Positions 40,370 to 53,000 of a DNA stretch of 64,000 nucleotides are shown piece after piece (within the stretch, counting starts at the first letter, position 1; every line of letters begins with the position of its first letter). The position numbers and the translations under genes are program-made. Source of the stretch: Narcine bancroftii. Its lineage: Eukaryota. Below the pieces are notes generated by a model. It ran no database searches. It was not told where the DNA came from and saw only the letters and a program-made list of their open reading frames with translations. The stretch spans positions 124,000,001-124,064,000 of the forward strand of contig NC_091474.1 of assembly GCF_036971445.1 (NCBI RefSeq), in the 5' to 3' direction.

Positions 40370-43213
40370 TGTGGCGGCCCGCAATTGCGGAGATCAGGCC
40401 GGCACATCGCGCAGCAGCAGACGCGGACAGAGATCACTAAAGCGACTCCCAGGACAACAAACCAGCAGGGGTAGAAGGTGGGGCAGCATCAGACCAACAA
40501 ACCTAAAATGGCGTTGGTCAAGTTGCCCAGCTAACTCAGCAGAAATAGGCTGGAGAAGAAAGGCATTCATATGTATGGATGTTCCCATCCGCTATTGTTA
40601 TTCATATGGATGACTCAGAATCAGCAAAAATGGCAGGAACTTGAATAGTATAAAAGCAGCCTTTCCAGCTCTAATAAAGGAGTGAGCTTCCAGATTCAGG
40701 GCATCAAAGCAGAGACGACCTGGTACTACCATGTGGTCAGCGCGCTGGATCCACAGACTGAAGACAGAGTGGCCAACTTTATACACAGGCCACCATTGGA
40801 AGGCATTTACACTGCCTTCAAAGAGCTATTAACCGAGACATTTGGACTCTCGCGGCAAGAGTGAGGAGCATGTTTGCCCCATCTGAATGGGCTTGGAGAC
40901 AAATCCCCATTGGCACTCATCAACGAGATGCTGGCCCTCCTGGGAGATGAGTAGCCCGGCATCATGTTTGAGCAGGCATTCTTGGAACGGATGCCTGAAG
41001 ACATCCAACGGCTCCTGGCAGATTTCACCGACCCTCAGAAAGTCACAGCATGAGCAGACATTCTGTTGAAAAAGAAACAGAAGTGCTCGGCTACCGTGGG
41101 GCTCGTAAAGAAGTCCTGCAATCAGACCAGAGCAGTCCTAAGTGAGGAACAGCAGACGAGAGGCAGGAGCGAGTCCAGCGACAGATAGTGCTTCTACCAC
41201 CGGAGATGAGGCACCGAGGCCCGCTGATGCCAGTCCCTCTGCGAGTTCCAGGGAAACAATAAGGCCAAGCCGTCGCTGATGGTCATGATGGTTGGCCACC
41301 AAGAGAGCCTCCTGTATGTTTGGGACCACCTATCTGGCAGACGCTTCCTGGTGGATACAGGAGCAGAATGTTAGGGTGATACCCCCGACTGGGTTGGACA
41401 ATAGGTGCAGGCTAGCGAGACCCACGTTGAGGGCTGCCAACAACAGTATAAGGACCTATGGCACTCGTAGGGCTGAGCTGCAGTTCGGGGGCAGTCAGTT
41501 CTCATAGGAGTTCACGCTGGCCGCAGTGGTACAGCCACTCCTCAGAGCGGATTTGCTGTGAGCCCACAGCCTTCTAGTGGACCTTAAGGGCAAGTGACTT
41601 GTCCACACTGAGACCTACCAGACCATCGCACTGAGGGGTACTATGTTTCCAGCAATGCATCTGGACTCCTTCCATAGTTCGGAGGATAAGTTTCCCAAGG
41701 TGCTAGCGGGATTCCCAGCAATCCTTTCCCCTCAGTTCAACCTATATTCCCAACAGCATGGAGGTGACTCCATCCATGGGCTGGCACACCCATCCATCAG
41801 GACTATGGACCAGCTGGTGGCCAGCAAGTACGTGTGGCATGGATTGCAGAAACAAGTCCAGGGGTGGGCCAAGGCATCTACACAGTGCCAAACAACCAAA
41901 GGGCAGCGACACACCAAGGTCCCCCCACAGCCTTTCGAGCCAACAGAACAGGTTTGACCACATTCACGTGGACATAGTGGGACCCTTGCCAGTCTCTCAG
42001 TGTTTCTGTTACCTGTTCACAGTGGTTCACTGCTTCACCTGGTGGCCAGAAGCAATCCCCGTGGCCAACACATCCACCAGGTCCTGTGCCAAAGCACTCC
42101 TCTCATCCTGGATTGCAAGATTCGGACTTCCACAGCCCATCATTTCTGACCAAGGCGGATAGTTCACCTCCAGTTTGTGGCCCGACATTGCCAACCTGTG
42201 GGGTACTCAGCTACACCATACAATGGCAAACCACCCGCAAGCCAATGACATGGTGGAGTGTTTTCACAGACACCTTAAGACTGCCCTCATGACCAGATTC
42301 AAGTGCCCCAAATGGGTGGATGAACTGCCATGGGCACTACTGTGCATCTGAACAGCACCGAAAGAAGACCTCCACACATCCTCCACTCAACTCATCTACG
42401 GAGCCCCACTCACAGTTCCCGGGGATTTTGTTCCACAGGCCAGAGGACAGCAGGAGGAGACAACCACCTTCCTGCTCAGGCTGCACAAAAAGGTCGGTAA
42501 CCTGGCTTCGATCCCACCCTCCAGACACGGTCAAGCCAAGTCCAACATCCCCAAAGAACTCAAGGACTGTGAATACGTGTTTGTATGCAGAGGACCCCAC
42601 CATTCATCACTGCAGAAGCCATACATAGGTCTCTTTCAAGTCATCTGGAACAACGGAGCCACCCTCGAGCTGGACATCAGTGACAAACCAAAGGTCTTCA
42701 CTACAGATATACTCAAGCCTGCCCTCACGGACCCTACAAAACCCATGAAGTCACCAACACCTCGATGCAGAGGCAGACCACAACAGACTTTGGGGCCTAT
42801 ACCTATGGACATTATAGACTGTAACATCATTTTTGGGGGAGGGTCATGTGGCGGCCTGCAATTGCTGAGATCGGGCCGGCACATCGCACGGCACCAGATG
42901 CGGACAGAGATTGCTAAAGTGATTCCCAGGTCTATGAACCAGTGGGGGTAGAATCTGGGGCAGCATCAGACCAACAGCCCTAAAATAACATTGGTCAAGG
43001 TGCCCATTTAACTCAGCAGTAACAGGCTGGGGAAGAAGGGGATTCATATGCATGGACGTTCCCGCCCGCTATTGTTATTCATACGGCTGACTCAGTCAAT
43101 CAGCAAAAATGGCAGGAACTTGAACAGTATAAAAGCAGCCTTTCCAGCCCTAATAAAGTAGTGAGCTTAACCTGCCATACTATGTGTGTGTTTCTTTGCA
43201 GCAGTCGGCTACA
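40370..43213 (+). mobile_element. Internally deleted Gypsy element with two LTRs (40370-~40690 truncated; 42847-43213)
   Basis: Homologous LTRs starting TGTGGCGGCC, PPT GGGGGAGGG, gag remnant, protease FLVDTGA and integrase HGLAHP..C..C and HIHVDIVGPLP. RT/RNase H are absent. Near-TSD AAGA/AAGG. Confidence 0.9.
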
Positions 43214-44083
43214 AAGGTATAATTCTCCAGTACAATGCTCACCTATCCTTCAAACATTGTAATAAGCCCATAACATGGGAGCAGAAATAGGCTTTTCAGC
43301 CCATTGAGTCTGCCTTGCCATTTAATCATGACCTGATCCATTTTACCACTCAGCCCCACTGCCTGGCCTTTAACCTTTGAAGTCTTGGCTAATCAAAAAC
43401 ATCAATTTCTCCCTTAAATACACCTAATAGATGCAGGAGAAGGCCATTCAGCCCTTTGAGCCTGCACCACCATTCAATACAATTGTGGCTCATCATGAGA
43501 CCTCAGTACCCTATTCTTGCTTTCTCTACAGACCCTCTGACCCCATTAGGCAATAGGGCCATGTTCATTTCCCTTTTGAATATATCTAATCAAATGGCCT
43601 TGACAATTCTCTGTGGCATGGAGTTCCAGTAAATGGCTTCTACCTTATTCTGAAACTTTGGCCTCTTTTTCTGCATTTCCCCAACATCAGGAACATCCTT
43701 TTCACATCTAACTCATCCAGTCCTGTCAGAATTATATATCTGTATATCTCAATGAGATCTGCACTCATTCTTAAATTCCAATGAGTATAACCCTATTCGA
43801 TCTAGTCTTTCCTCATCCATCCTTCCTGCAATCCCAGGGATCAGTCTGTCAAACCTTCATTGCACCCGTCAATAATGTCACACCTCAGGTTACAAGAGCA
43901 AAACTGTGTAATACTCAAGGGATGGTTCAAATCATAAGATTGACAAGCTCTAGAAGTCCTAGTGGATGTAAGCCTTGTTCATGTGTTAGCAAGCATAGGG
44001 TAATATAGCCAGACCAGTGACATTCCAAAACAGGTGGCATTCCTTTCCATTCGCTGGCACATGGTTCTTGAATATCAGTCAGT

Positions 44084-44121
<38 letters not shown>

Positions 44122-44779
44122 ATGTTAAGCCCTCATCCACACACTTGCACATTCCTTTCCCTGTTTGCACTTTCACAATGCCATCTGCCTTCATGCCCAC
44201 AAGTCCTGTTCACAACCCTGCACCCACTCTTGGTATACTTTGAAGGGTAAATGCTTATCTCTAAACTCAAGCAGTGCAAGATATCTTATATCTATTTGAA
44301 TCTAAAATAAAAATGCTGGAAATCCAAAATGATTGTCCTCCATTTTGAGTAAGAAAAGTTTATATTGTCGACAGCTGAGGAGATCTGATGAGTGTTTTTC
44401 GCTTTTTACCCCCTATGTGAGGAAGTCTTAAATCAGTGCTTTGCAACAGGTTTCTGCTCTATTGTCACATTGCAATAAATGCCTTTCCTGCAACACAATT
44501 ATGTCCTGCATCTGAAAGTGGATGTGATGTAATGTTGGATTAAACAGCTGGGGAAGGTGGGGGTGGGAGCGGGAGAGGAGAACAGATGAGAAAAGTGGGC
44601 CAAACCCCTTCATCCTTGAGGGAGATTCACAATAAACTGGGAAAGAGTAGGGAGATCAGCTGTTGATAATATTTTGTAGGAAATTGTTTGGCTTCAATAA
44701 ACTCAATCTTGTGATGCTGAGGGGTAGCTCTCTGATAAATAGTTTGTTTTCTCTGAGATGTTTGATGCTAACTTGTACA

Positions 44780-45529
44780 TAGTTAATGGTAGGGATTATT
44801 TAACAGTGTGGAGAAACAGAAATCTTAGGGTCCAGGTCAATTAATCCCTCACGGTTGTGGTGTAAGTCGATAGGGTGGTTAAGAAGACATTGTTATGGGC
44901 TAAGAGGACCCCCAAACTCAGCAGCAATAGAAATTCACCAAGACAAATGGTTACTTAAACAAAAATTGCTTTTAATTTTCTTTAAACATAAAAGCAGGAT
45001 CAAACTTTAACCTATTACTATTAATTTAACTCCCTTCTAATTCGAAGTGCATGTGTATGTAATGTGTACAAGTTCAGAAAAGTTGTTTGATTCACAGTCC
45101 AATCTTACTTCTCACTCCTCCAAGTTCACCGGTATCAGGCAATTCTTATACTGTGCACAGAATTTAACATTTATGAATTTTCACCAAGCTGTGGTGCTTA
45201 AATGGTTACTGCTCAGGAATGTTCTTGTTTGTTTCAGAGAGAGATTTGTTGCTCATTGGACACAAACACAAACTGATTCCCTCTGATCAACCACTTCAAT
45301 GTCTTGCCGAAGAAACTTACCCCAGCAAGGTTTTCCAAATGATAACCTCTTCTTATGCAGGTCACTACGGAGTTCCTTTTGTTTTCCTTATTTCAGATGA
45401 AACACTTATGCTAGTCATTTCCTCTTGTGTGAACCTCAAGGGTTTTCAACAGGCTGAACTCAGAACTGACAAGCCATCTTCAAAATGGGGTTTCAACAAG
45501 CTGCCAGCTTGCCATGACTGCAGAAACCA

Positions 45530-45589
<60 letters not shown>

Positions 45590-46480
45590 AGAAAGCCTGT
45601 TTGATCCCTTCTCACTCTCTGCTTGCAAAACCAAATGACTTTCTTAGAATAGCAAACTGTAACCAGATAGGTTGCGGCACCGGACCCCAACTTCTGAGCC
45701 ATTCAACTATTGCTTTCAAAACAATAATCCATTACTCCACATCATGTCCAATTAACACCTGCTTGTCAAGTATCTATTGGCATTCAGAGCCTGGACTGTC
45801 TGGCTTGAGCAAAGCTCTAAATGAGGTCTATTTTGTGGTGTTTGTGTTTGTTTGTGACTTACACTTCCCCCACAATCTATCTCCTTCAAAAACATATCTT
45901 TATACAATATAAAATATCATATAATCCATCACAATATGGTGTGTTAGCCTTCATTAGTTGGTGGATTGAGTTTAAGAACCATGAGGTAATGTTGCAGCTC
46001 TATAAAACCTTGGTTAATCCATACTTGGAGTATTATGTTCAGTTCTGTTTGTCTCATTATTAGAAGGATGTGGAAGCTATGGAGAGGGTGAAGAGGAGAT
46101 TTACCAGGATGTTTCCTGGATTGAAGAATATTAGATGAAGCAAGGTTGACTGGGCTAGGGCTTATCAGTGGAATGACAAAGGATGAGAGGTTACCTAATA
46201 GAGGTGTATAAGATTATGAGCTGCTTAGATTGGGTGGAAAGCCACCATTCTTTTTCAGGGACAAAAATAACAAATACCAGAGTACATCTGTTTAATGTGG
46301 GAGGAGGAAAATCTAGAGGAGACATCAAATTTATTTTTACAGAAATGGGTGCCTGGAATTGACTGCCAGGGGTGGTGGTGGACACTCAAAAGGCTCTTAG
46401 ACAGGCACATGGATGGAGGGTTATGGGTGTAAGGTAGGGAAGGATTAGATTGTTGGGAAGTAGATTTACACAAGTCAGCA
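44780..46480 (+). mobile_element. CR1 LINE 3' fragment split by a solo LTR
   Basis: DRVVKK | GVLAFI...LYKTLVNPYLEYYVQF continues across the insertion. Confidence 0.8.
44891..45933 (-). mobile_element. Solo LTR (~1 kb) containing a (CT)n microsatellite
   Basis: TG...CA ends inside CR1 with near-TSD ACAT/ATAT; homologous to 5041-6580 and 48335-49400. Confidence 0.8.
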
Positions 46481-46989
46481 CCACACATTTGTTCCATTTG
46501 ATTGAAACAAGCCCACGCTGCATTACTTTTTAATTTTTCAAGTGATCTTCACCAACTGGAATTTTGCATCTTTTCATCAGGTTCAATGTAGTTGACCTCC
46601 AATTAATTTCACTTCATGAAATGTAATTTCAAGCATACAGTGCATGAAGTGACAATTTGTAAAACTTGATTGAAGTGGAAGGGGCAGTGGAGAATGATTG
46701 ATTTAAATTTAGACATGCAGCATGGTATGAGGCCATTTTTGCCCAAGAGTCTGTGCCATCTAATTTACACCCAATTAACCCACACCCCTGGTACGTTTTG
46801 AACAGTGAGAGGAAACTGGAGCCCATGGGGAAAACCCATTGGGAGACAGTACAAAGACAGTGTGGGATTTGAACCCCAGTTACGCTACCTGCTCTGCTAA
46901 CTGTGCTGGCCCATCTGAGTGATCAGTACAGTTCTGACATGAGATTTAATTTCCATGACAGCTGATACAATAATTAAATGATTTATAAA

Positions 46990-49927
46990 AATAAACATTA
47001 GCAATCTTGTAGTTAAAGATCCTCTTGGAAAGAGTGATTACAGTATGATTGAGTTTATCATACAAATGGAGGGTACTATAGTTTGGTCTAAAACCCGTGT
47101 GTTATGCCTCAGCAAGGGAAACCTATAGGGGATGAGAAAGGAGTTGGCCAGGGTATATGAAGGGATGGTTGCGGAACAGTGGAGGACTTTCAAAAATTTT
47201 TCATGGTCCTCAATAAAAGTATATTCTAGGTTAAAAAAAAGAACAGTAAGGGTGGGGCAGCCAGCCTTGGCAATCTAAGGAAATTAATGAAGGCATCAAA
47301 CTAAAAGCTCGTGTGTATAAAGTTACAAAGAGGCTTGGGAAAGTAGAAGACTGGGGAAAACTTAAAAAAGCAATAAGGGGCTATGAAGCGAGCAATAAAG
47401 AGAGGGAAGGTAAACTATGAGAAAGGATTAGCATAAAATCTAAAAATGGACAGTAAAGGTTTTTATAATTATTAAAAAGTGTAAAGGGGTGGTTAAAGTG
47501 AAGATTGGTGCCTTGGAGTATGAGAGGGGAATTGATATTGGATCAAGTGGAAATGACTAAGGTTTTGAATAACAATTTTGTGTTGGTGTTCACAGTGGAG
47601 GACATGTCAAACATGCCAAAGGCAGATGTTATGGATGTGATGGGAGGTGATGACCTAGATGTAATAGTTATTACTAAAGAGGTCAATCTCACAAAACTCA
47701 AGTGTCTAAAGATAGATAAATCCCGTGAATCTGATGGAATGCATCCAAGGGTATTGAAAGAAATAGCAGAAGATATAGTTGAGGGTTTGGTGATAATTTA
47801 CTAAAATTCTCTGGACTCTGGGCAGGTCCTGATGGATTGGAAGACAGTGAATGTCACACCGGTATTCAAAAAAGGATGTAGACAAAAGGCAGGGAATGAT
47901 AGGTTAGTTTTAATGTCTGTAGTTGGGAAAATGCTTGAAACTATCCCTTAAAGAAGAAATAGTGAGGTATCTGGAGCAAAATGGATCCATCAGCAGATGC
48001 AGCATGGATTCAGCCTAGGCAGGTTCTGTTTGACGGAGAGACTACAGAGAGATATAGATTGGTTAGGTGAGTAGGCAAGAGTCTGGCAGATGGAGTACAC
48101 TGTTGGCAAAATGTGGGGTTATCTACTTTTGAAGGAAAAATGGATGATCAGAATATTATTTAAATAGCAAGTGATTGCAGCCTTCTGCCTCGCAGAAGGA
48201 ATCACAACAGGTTGGTTTACAGGTGCAGTGGGCTATCAAAAAGGCAAATGGAATGTTGGCTATCATTGCTAGAAGGATGTAATTTAAAAGCAGGGAAGTT
48301 GTGCTGCAGCTGTACAAGGTTCTGGTGAGGCTGCTGTTAAGAGCCCAAAGGACCCCAAAACCCAGCAACAACCAACATTCACCAAGCAAGTGACTTTCAA
48401 AACAAAAGTTATTTTTAATCAACTTCAAACATGAAAATAGAATCAAACTTAACTCTATTCTTATACTATGCTCTATACCTATCCAAATTACCCCCTTCTA
48501 ATTCTAAGTGCACGTGTATGTAATGTGTGTATAAATTTAAGAAAAGTTCTTTGGTTCACAGTTCAATCTCACTTCTTCTTCCAAGTTCTCTGGTTTCAGG
48601 CAATCACCATACTGTGCACAGAATTTAACATGTATAAAGTTCACCAGGCTTGGTGCTTGAAAGGTAAATGTTTACCACTCAGAAAGGTTCTTGTAGGGTT
48701 TGCAGAGAGAGAGAGAGATATATATTTGTTGCTCCAGAATTTCCACAACTGAGGTGCCACCACTAGTCACCTCAGGGTCTCGCTGATGAAACTTTCCCCC
48801 TCAGGGTCTTCTAGATGGATGATCAGAATATTCTTTCTTAAAGCTACCACAAAGTTCCATTCCTTCCTCTATTTCAAGAGAAACATCAGATAGATAGCAC
48901 TTCCAGTCATCTACTGCTCTGGAACTTGCTTTCATCAGTTTCAAACAGTTTTCCCTGGATTGCACTTTTCAGTTACTTGCCAGTGTCCCACACACTGACC
49001 GACTGACTGACTAAGCTGTTAACTCTCTCTCTTTTCCAACTGAAACTCCAAAGAGAGTATGTGACTCACGTCTTGCAAAACCCCCATCTTCTCCAGCAAA
49101 CAACAGGAGTTATTTCTTCTGCTCCATCTGGTGTTATCTTAAGTAAACAATCCAGAATTGACCTTTCTGTGAGCACTTTGCAGAAAGGGTACTGATAGAC
49201 AGCATGACTCCAGCAAGACAATGGTCAAGCATTTTATGACGTCAGTTCAATTAACACCTACTTGTGAAAGGTGCTTACATTCTCCAGAGATCTTGCAATG
49301 TGAATTCTTCAGTCTGTTTTAAGATCTGTTTTAAAATATGTGTATGTATGCAACCCACTCTAAATCTTATAAATTCTCCCCAAATATTAATATTGTTACA
49401 CCGCATCTGGAGAACTGCATCCAGTTCTGGTCTCCTTACTTGAGGAAGGATGAACTTACTCTCTTTGGAAGCAGTGCAGAGGAAGTTCACCAGGTTAATT
49501 CAAGAGATGAGGGGGTTAGCCTATGTGGAGAGATTAAGAATAAGAAGGGATCTCATAGACAAATATAAAGTTATGAAAGGCATAGAAAAGATAGAGGTAG
49601 GTAAGTTGTTTACATTGTTAGGGGAGACCAGAACTAGGGGACATAACCTCAAAATTCTGCTTTAGGACAGAGATTAAGTGAAACTGCTTTTCCCAGAGGG
49701 TGGTGAATTGTGGAATTTACTGCCCATTGAAGCAGTGGAGGTGACCTCAGTAAATATATTTAAGACAAGGTTGGATAGATTTTTACATAGAAGGGGAATA
49801 AAGGGATATGAGGAAAAGGCAGGTAGGTGGAAATGAGCCTATCATCAGATTAGCAATGATCACATTGTATGGCAGAGGAGGCTCGACTGGCTGGATGGCC
49901 AACTCCTGCTCCTATTATGTTCTTATG
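46990..49927 (+). mobile_element. CR1 LINE fragment (internally deleted) split by a solo LTR
   Basis: DGMHPRVLKEIAEDI, QHGF and PHLENCIQFWSPYLRKD, ending in a TTATGTTCTTATG tail. Confidence 0.85.
48335..49400 (-). mobile_element. Solo LTR
   Basis: TG...CA ends with a 4-bp TSD CTGC/CCGC (CpG decay), interrupting the CR1 LVRPHLE codons. Confidence 0.85.
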
Positions 49928-50009
49928 AGATGTGAACTTGGCCAGCGGCATCACAAGCATCAGTATTAACCTCATCAAGGACATTTAGAAGAGACAGTGT
50001 TTTAAAAAG

Positions 50010-53000
50010 GCAGAGGTGCAGAAAGAGGTGTGGAAATAGAGGGGTAAAAACAGAGGTGGGGAAAAAGTGGTGTGCAAACACAGGGGTGAAACCAGAAGGG
50101 TGGAAAGAGAGGGTAGAAAAAGCTGGGTGGAAATGGAGGAGTGGAAATGGAGGAGTGGAAATAGAGGGGTGGAAATCGAGGGGTGGAAATCGAGGGGTGG
50201 AAACGGAGGGGTGGAAACAGAGGGGTGGAAATGGAGAGGTGGAAATGGAGGTGTGGAAACTGGACTAGAATCAGAGTTGGGGAAATAGAGGTGTAGAATC
50301 AGAGGGGTGGAAATAGGGGTAGAAACAGTGCAGGGGAGACAGAGGTTGGGAAACAGGGTGGAAATGGGTAGAAAAAGAGGGGTGGAAACAGAGGGGTGGA
50401 AACAGGGGGTGGAAACAGGGGGTGGAAACAGGGGGTGGAAACAGAGGGGTAGAAACAGATGTGGGGAAACAGTGGGGTGAAAATGGAAGGGTAGAAATGG
50501 AAGGTGGGAAACTGAAGGGGGGAAACAGAAGGGGGGAAATAGAAGGGGGGAAACAGAAGGGTACAAGTAGAGGGGTGGAAAAAGAGGAATGAAAACAGGG
50601 GTGGAAACAGGATAGAAAAGAGGGGAGGAAAGAGAGGGGTAGAAGCATAGGTTAGGAAAGAGAGGGGTGGAAAAAGAGGTGGGAAAACAGGTGGAGAAAG
50701 AGAGGTCTGGAAATGGGTGTAAACACAGGGGTAGAAATAGTACAGGGGAAACAAGTTGGGAAACAGAGGATTGTAAACAGGTGGTGGAAACAGAGAGGTA
50801 GAAACAGTAGGGTAAAAACAGAGGTGGGGAAAAAGAAGTGTGCAAACTCAAGGATGGAAACAGAGGGGTAGAAAGAGGGTAGAAATTGTTGTGTAGAAAC
50901 CGGGTTGAAAACAAAGGGCTGGAAACAGAGGGGCAGAAACAGTGGACTAGAATCAGAGTTAGGGAAACAGAGGTGTAGAAACAAAGGGGTTGAAACAGGG
51001 GTAAAAACAAAGGTTGGAAAACAGAGGGATGGAATCAGAGTTGGGGAAACAGAGGTGTTGAAACAAAGGGGTAGAAACAGAGGGGTATAAACAAAGGTTG
51101 GGAAACTGAGGGGTTGAAACAAGAGGTGGAGAAACAGATGAGGAGAAAGAGAGGTATGAAAAATGAGTGGTGTGAACAGAAGGGTAGAAACAGTGTAGGG
51201 GAAACAGATGTTCAGAAACAGAGGATTTGAAATGGGATGTTGAAACGGAGGTGTAGAAACAGGGGTAAAATCAGAGGTGGGGAAACAGAGGGCTGGAAAC
51301 AAATAGAGGGCTGGAAACAAAAAGAGGGTCGGAAACAAACAGAGGGGCGGAAACAAACAGAGGGGCAGAAACAAACAGAGGGGTGGAAACTGAGGGGCGG
51401 AAACTGAGGGGTGGAAACTGAGGGGTAGAAACAGTGGAGGGGAAACAGAGGTGGAGAAACAGATGTGTGGAAACAGGTAGATGCAGAGGGGTAGAAGCAG
51501 AGGGGTAGAAGCAGAGGGGTAGAAGCAGAGGGGTAGAAGCAGAGGGGTAGAGGCAGAGGGGTAGAGGCAGAGGGGTAGAAGCAGAGGGGTAGAAGCAGAG
51601 GGGTAGAAGCAGAGGGGTAGAGGCAGAGGGGTAGAGGCAGAGGGGTAGAGGCAGAGGGGTAGAAGCAGAGGGGTAGAAGCAGAGGACTAGAATCAGAGTT
51701 GGGGAAACAGAGGGGTAGCATCAGAGGGGTAGAATCAGAGGGGTAGAAACATAAGTTGGGAAACAGAGGGGTGGAAACAGAGGGGTGGAGCAGAGGGGTG
51801 GAGCATAGGGGTGGAGCAGAGGGGTGGAGCAGAGGGGTGGAGCAGAGGGGTGGAAACAGGGCTGGAATCAGAGGGGCAGAAACAGAGGGGTAGAGCAGAG
51901 GGGTGGAAAAAGTGGACTAGAATCAGAGTTGGGGAAATAGAGCTGTGGAATCAGAGGGGTGGAAACAGAGGGTTGGAAATAGACGTGGGGAAATAGATGG
52001 GCAGAATCAGAGGTGGGGAAACAGAATGCTGGAAACAGACGAGTGGAAACAGACGAGTGGAAACCGATGTTGGGAAATATGTGGATGGAATCAGAGGGCT
52101 GCAAAAGGAGGAGTGGAGACAGGGGAAATAGAAGAGTGGAAACAGATGGCTGGAATCAGAGGGGTGGAAACAGTGGTGGAGAAAGAGAGGGGTGTAAACT
52201 GAGAGGTAGAAACAGTGCAGGGTAAACAGAGGTTATGAAACAGGATTGGAAATAGGGTGGTGGAAACAGAGGGGTAGAAACTGATGATGGGAAATATCTA
52301 GGTGGAATCAGAGGCATGCAAACAGATGATTGGAAACAGAGGGTTAGAAAAAGAGGTGGGGAAACAGAGGGTAGAGTGAGAAGGGTGGATCCAGATGGGT
52401 GGAAACAGATAGGTGTAAACAGAGGTGTGGAAATCATATGTGGAAAGAGAGGGGTGGAAACTGAGGAGTGTAAACAGAGGATTGGAAACAGAGGGGTAGA
52501 AACAGATGTGTGGAAACAAAGGGGTGGAAACAGAGGGGTGGAAAAAGATGTGTGGAAAGAGAGGAGTGGAAATAGAGGGTAGAAATAGAGGGGAGGAAAC
52601 AGGTGTAGAAATAGCGGGGTAGAATCATAGGTTGGGAAAAGAAACAGTGCAGGTTAAACATAGGTTGGGAAACAGAGGATTGGAAATAGGGGGATGGAAG
52701 CAGAGGGGTAGAAACAGAGGGGTAAAAAGAGAAGTGGGGAAACAAAGGTTGGGAAACAGAGGGGTGGAATCAGAGGTGGGGAAACAGGGTAGAGTCAGAG
52801 CGGTGGAAGCAGATGGGTAGAAACAGTGGATAGAAAAAGAGGGGAGGAGACAGAGGTGTAGAAACAGAGGGGTAGAAACATAGGTTGGTAAAGAGAAGGG
52901 GTGGAAACAGAGTGGAGAAAGAGGTGTAGAAACTGAGAGGTGGAAACAGTGCAGGGTAAACAGAGGTTATGAAAAAGGATTGGAAACAGGGTGGTGGAAA

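Noticed and set aside
32050-44520. Exon-like islands with plausible splice signals (~32060-32215, ~37900, ~38820, ~40130-40205, ~44430-44515)
   Set aside because: No recognisable protein and no consistent frame or strand; they cannot be supported without RNA-seq.
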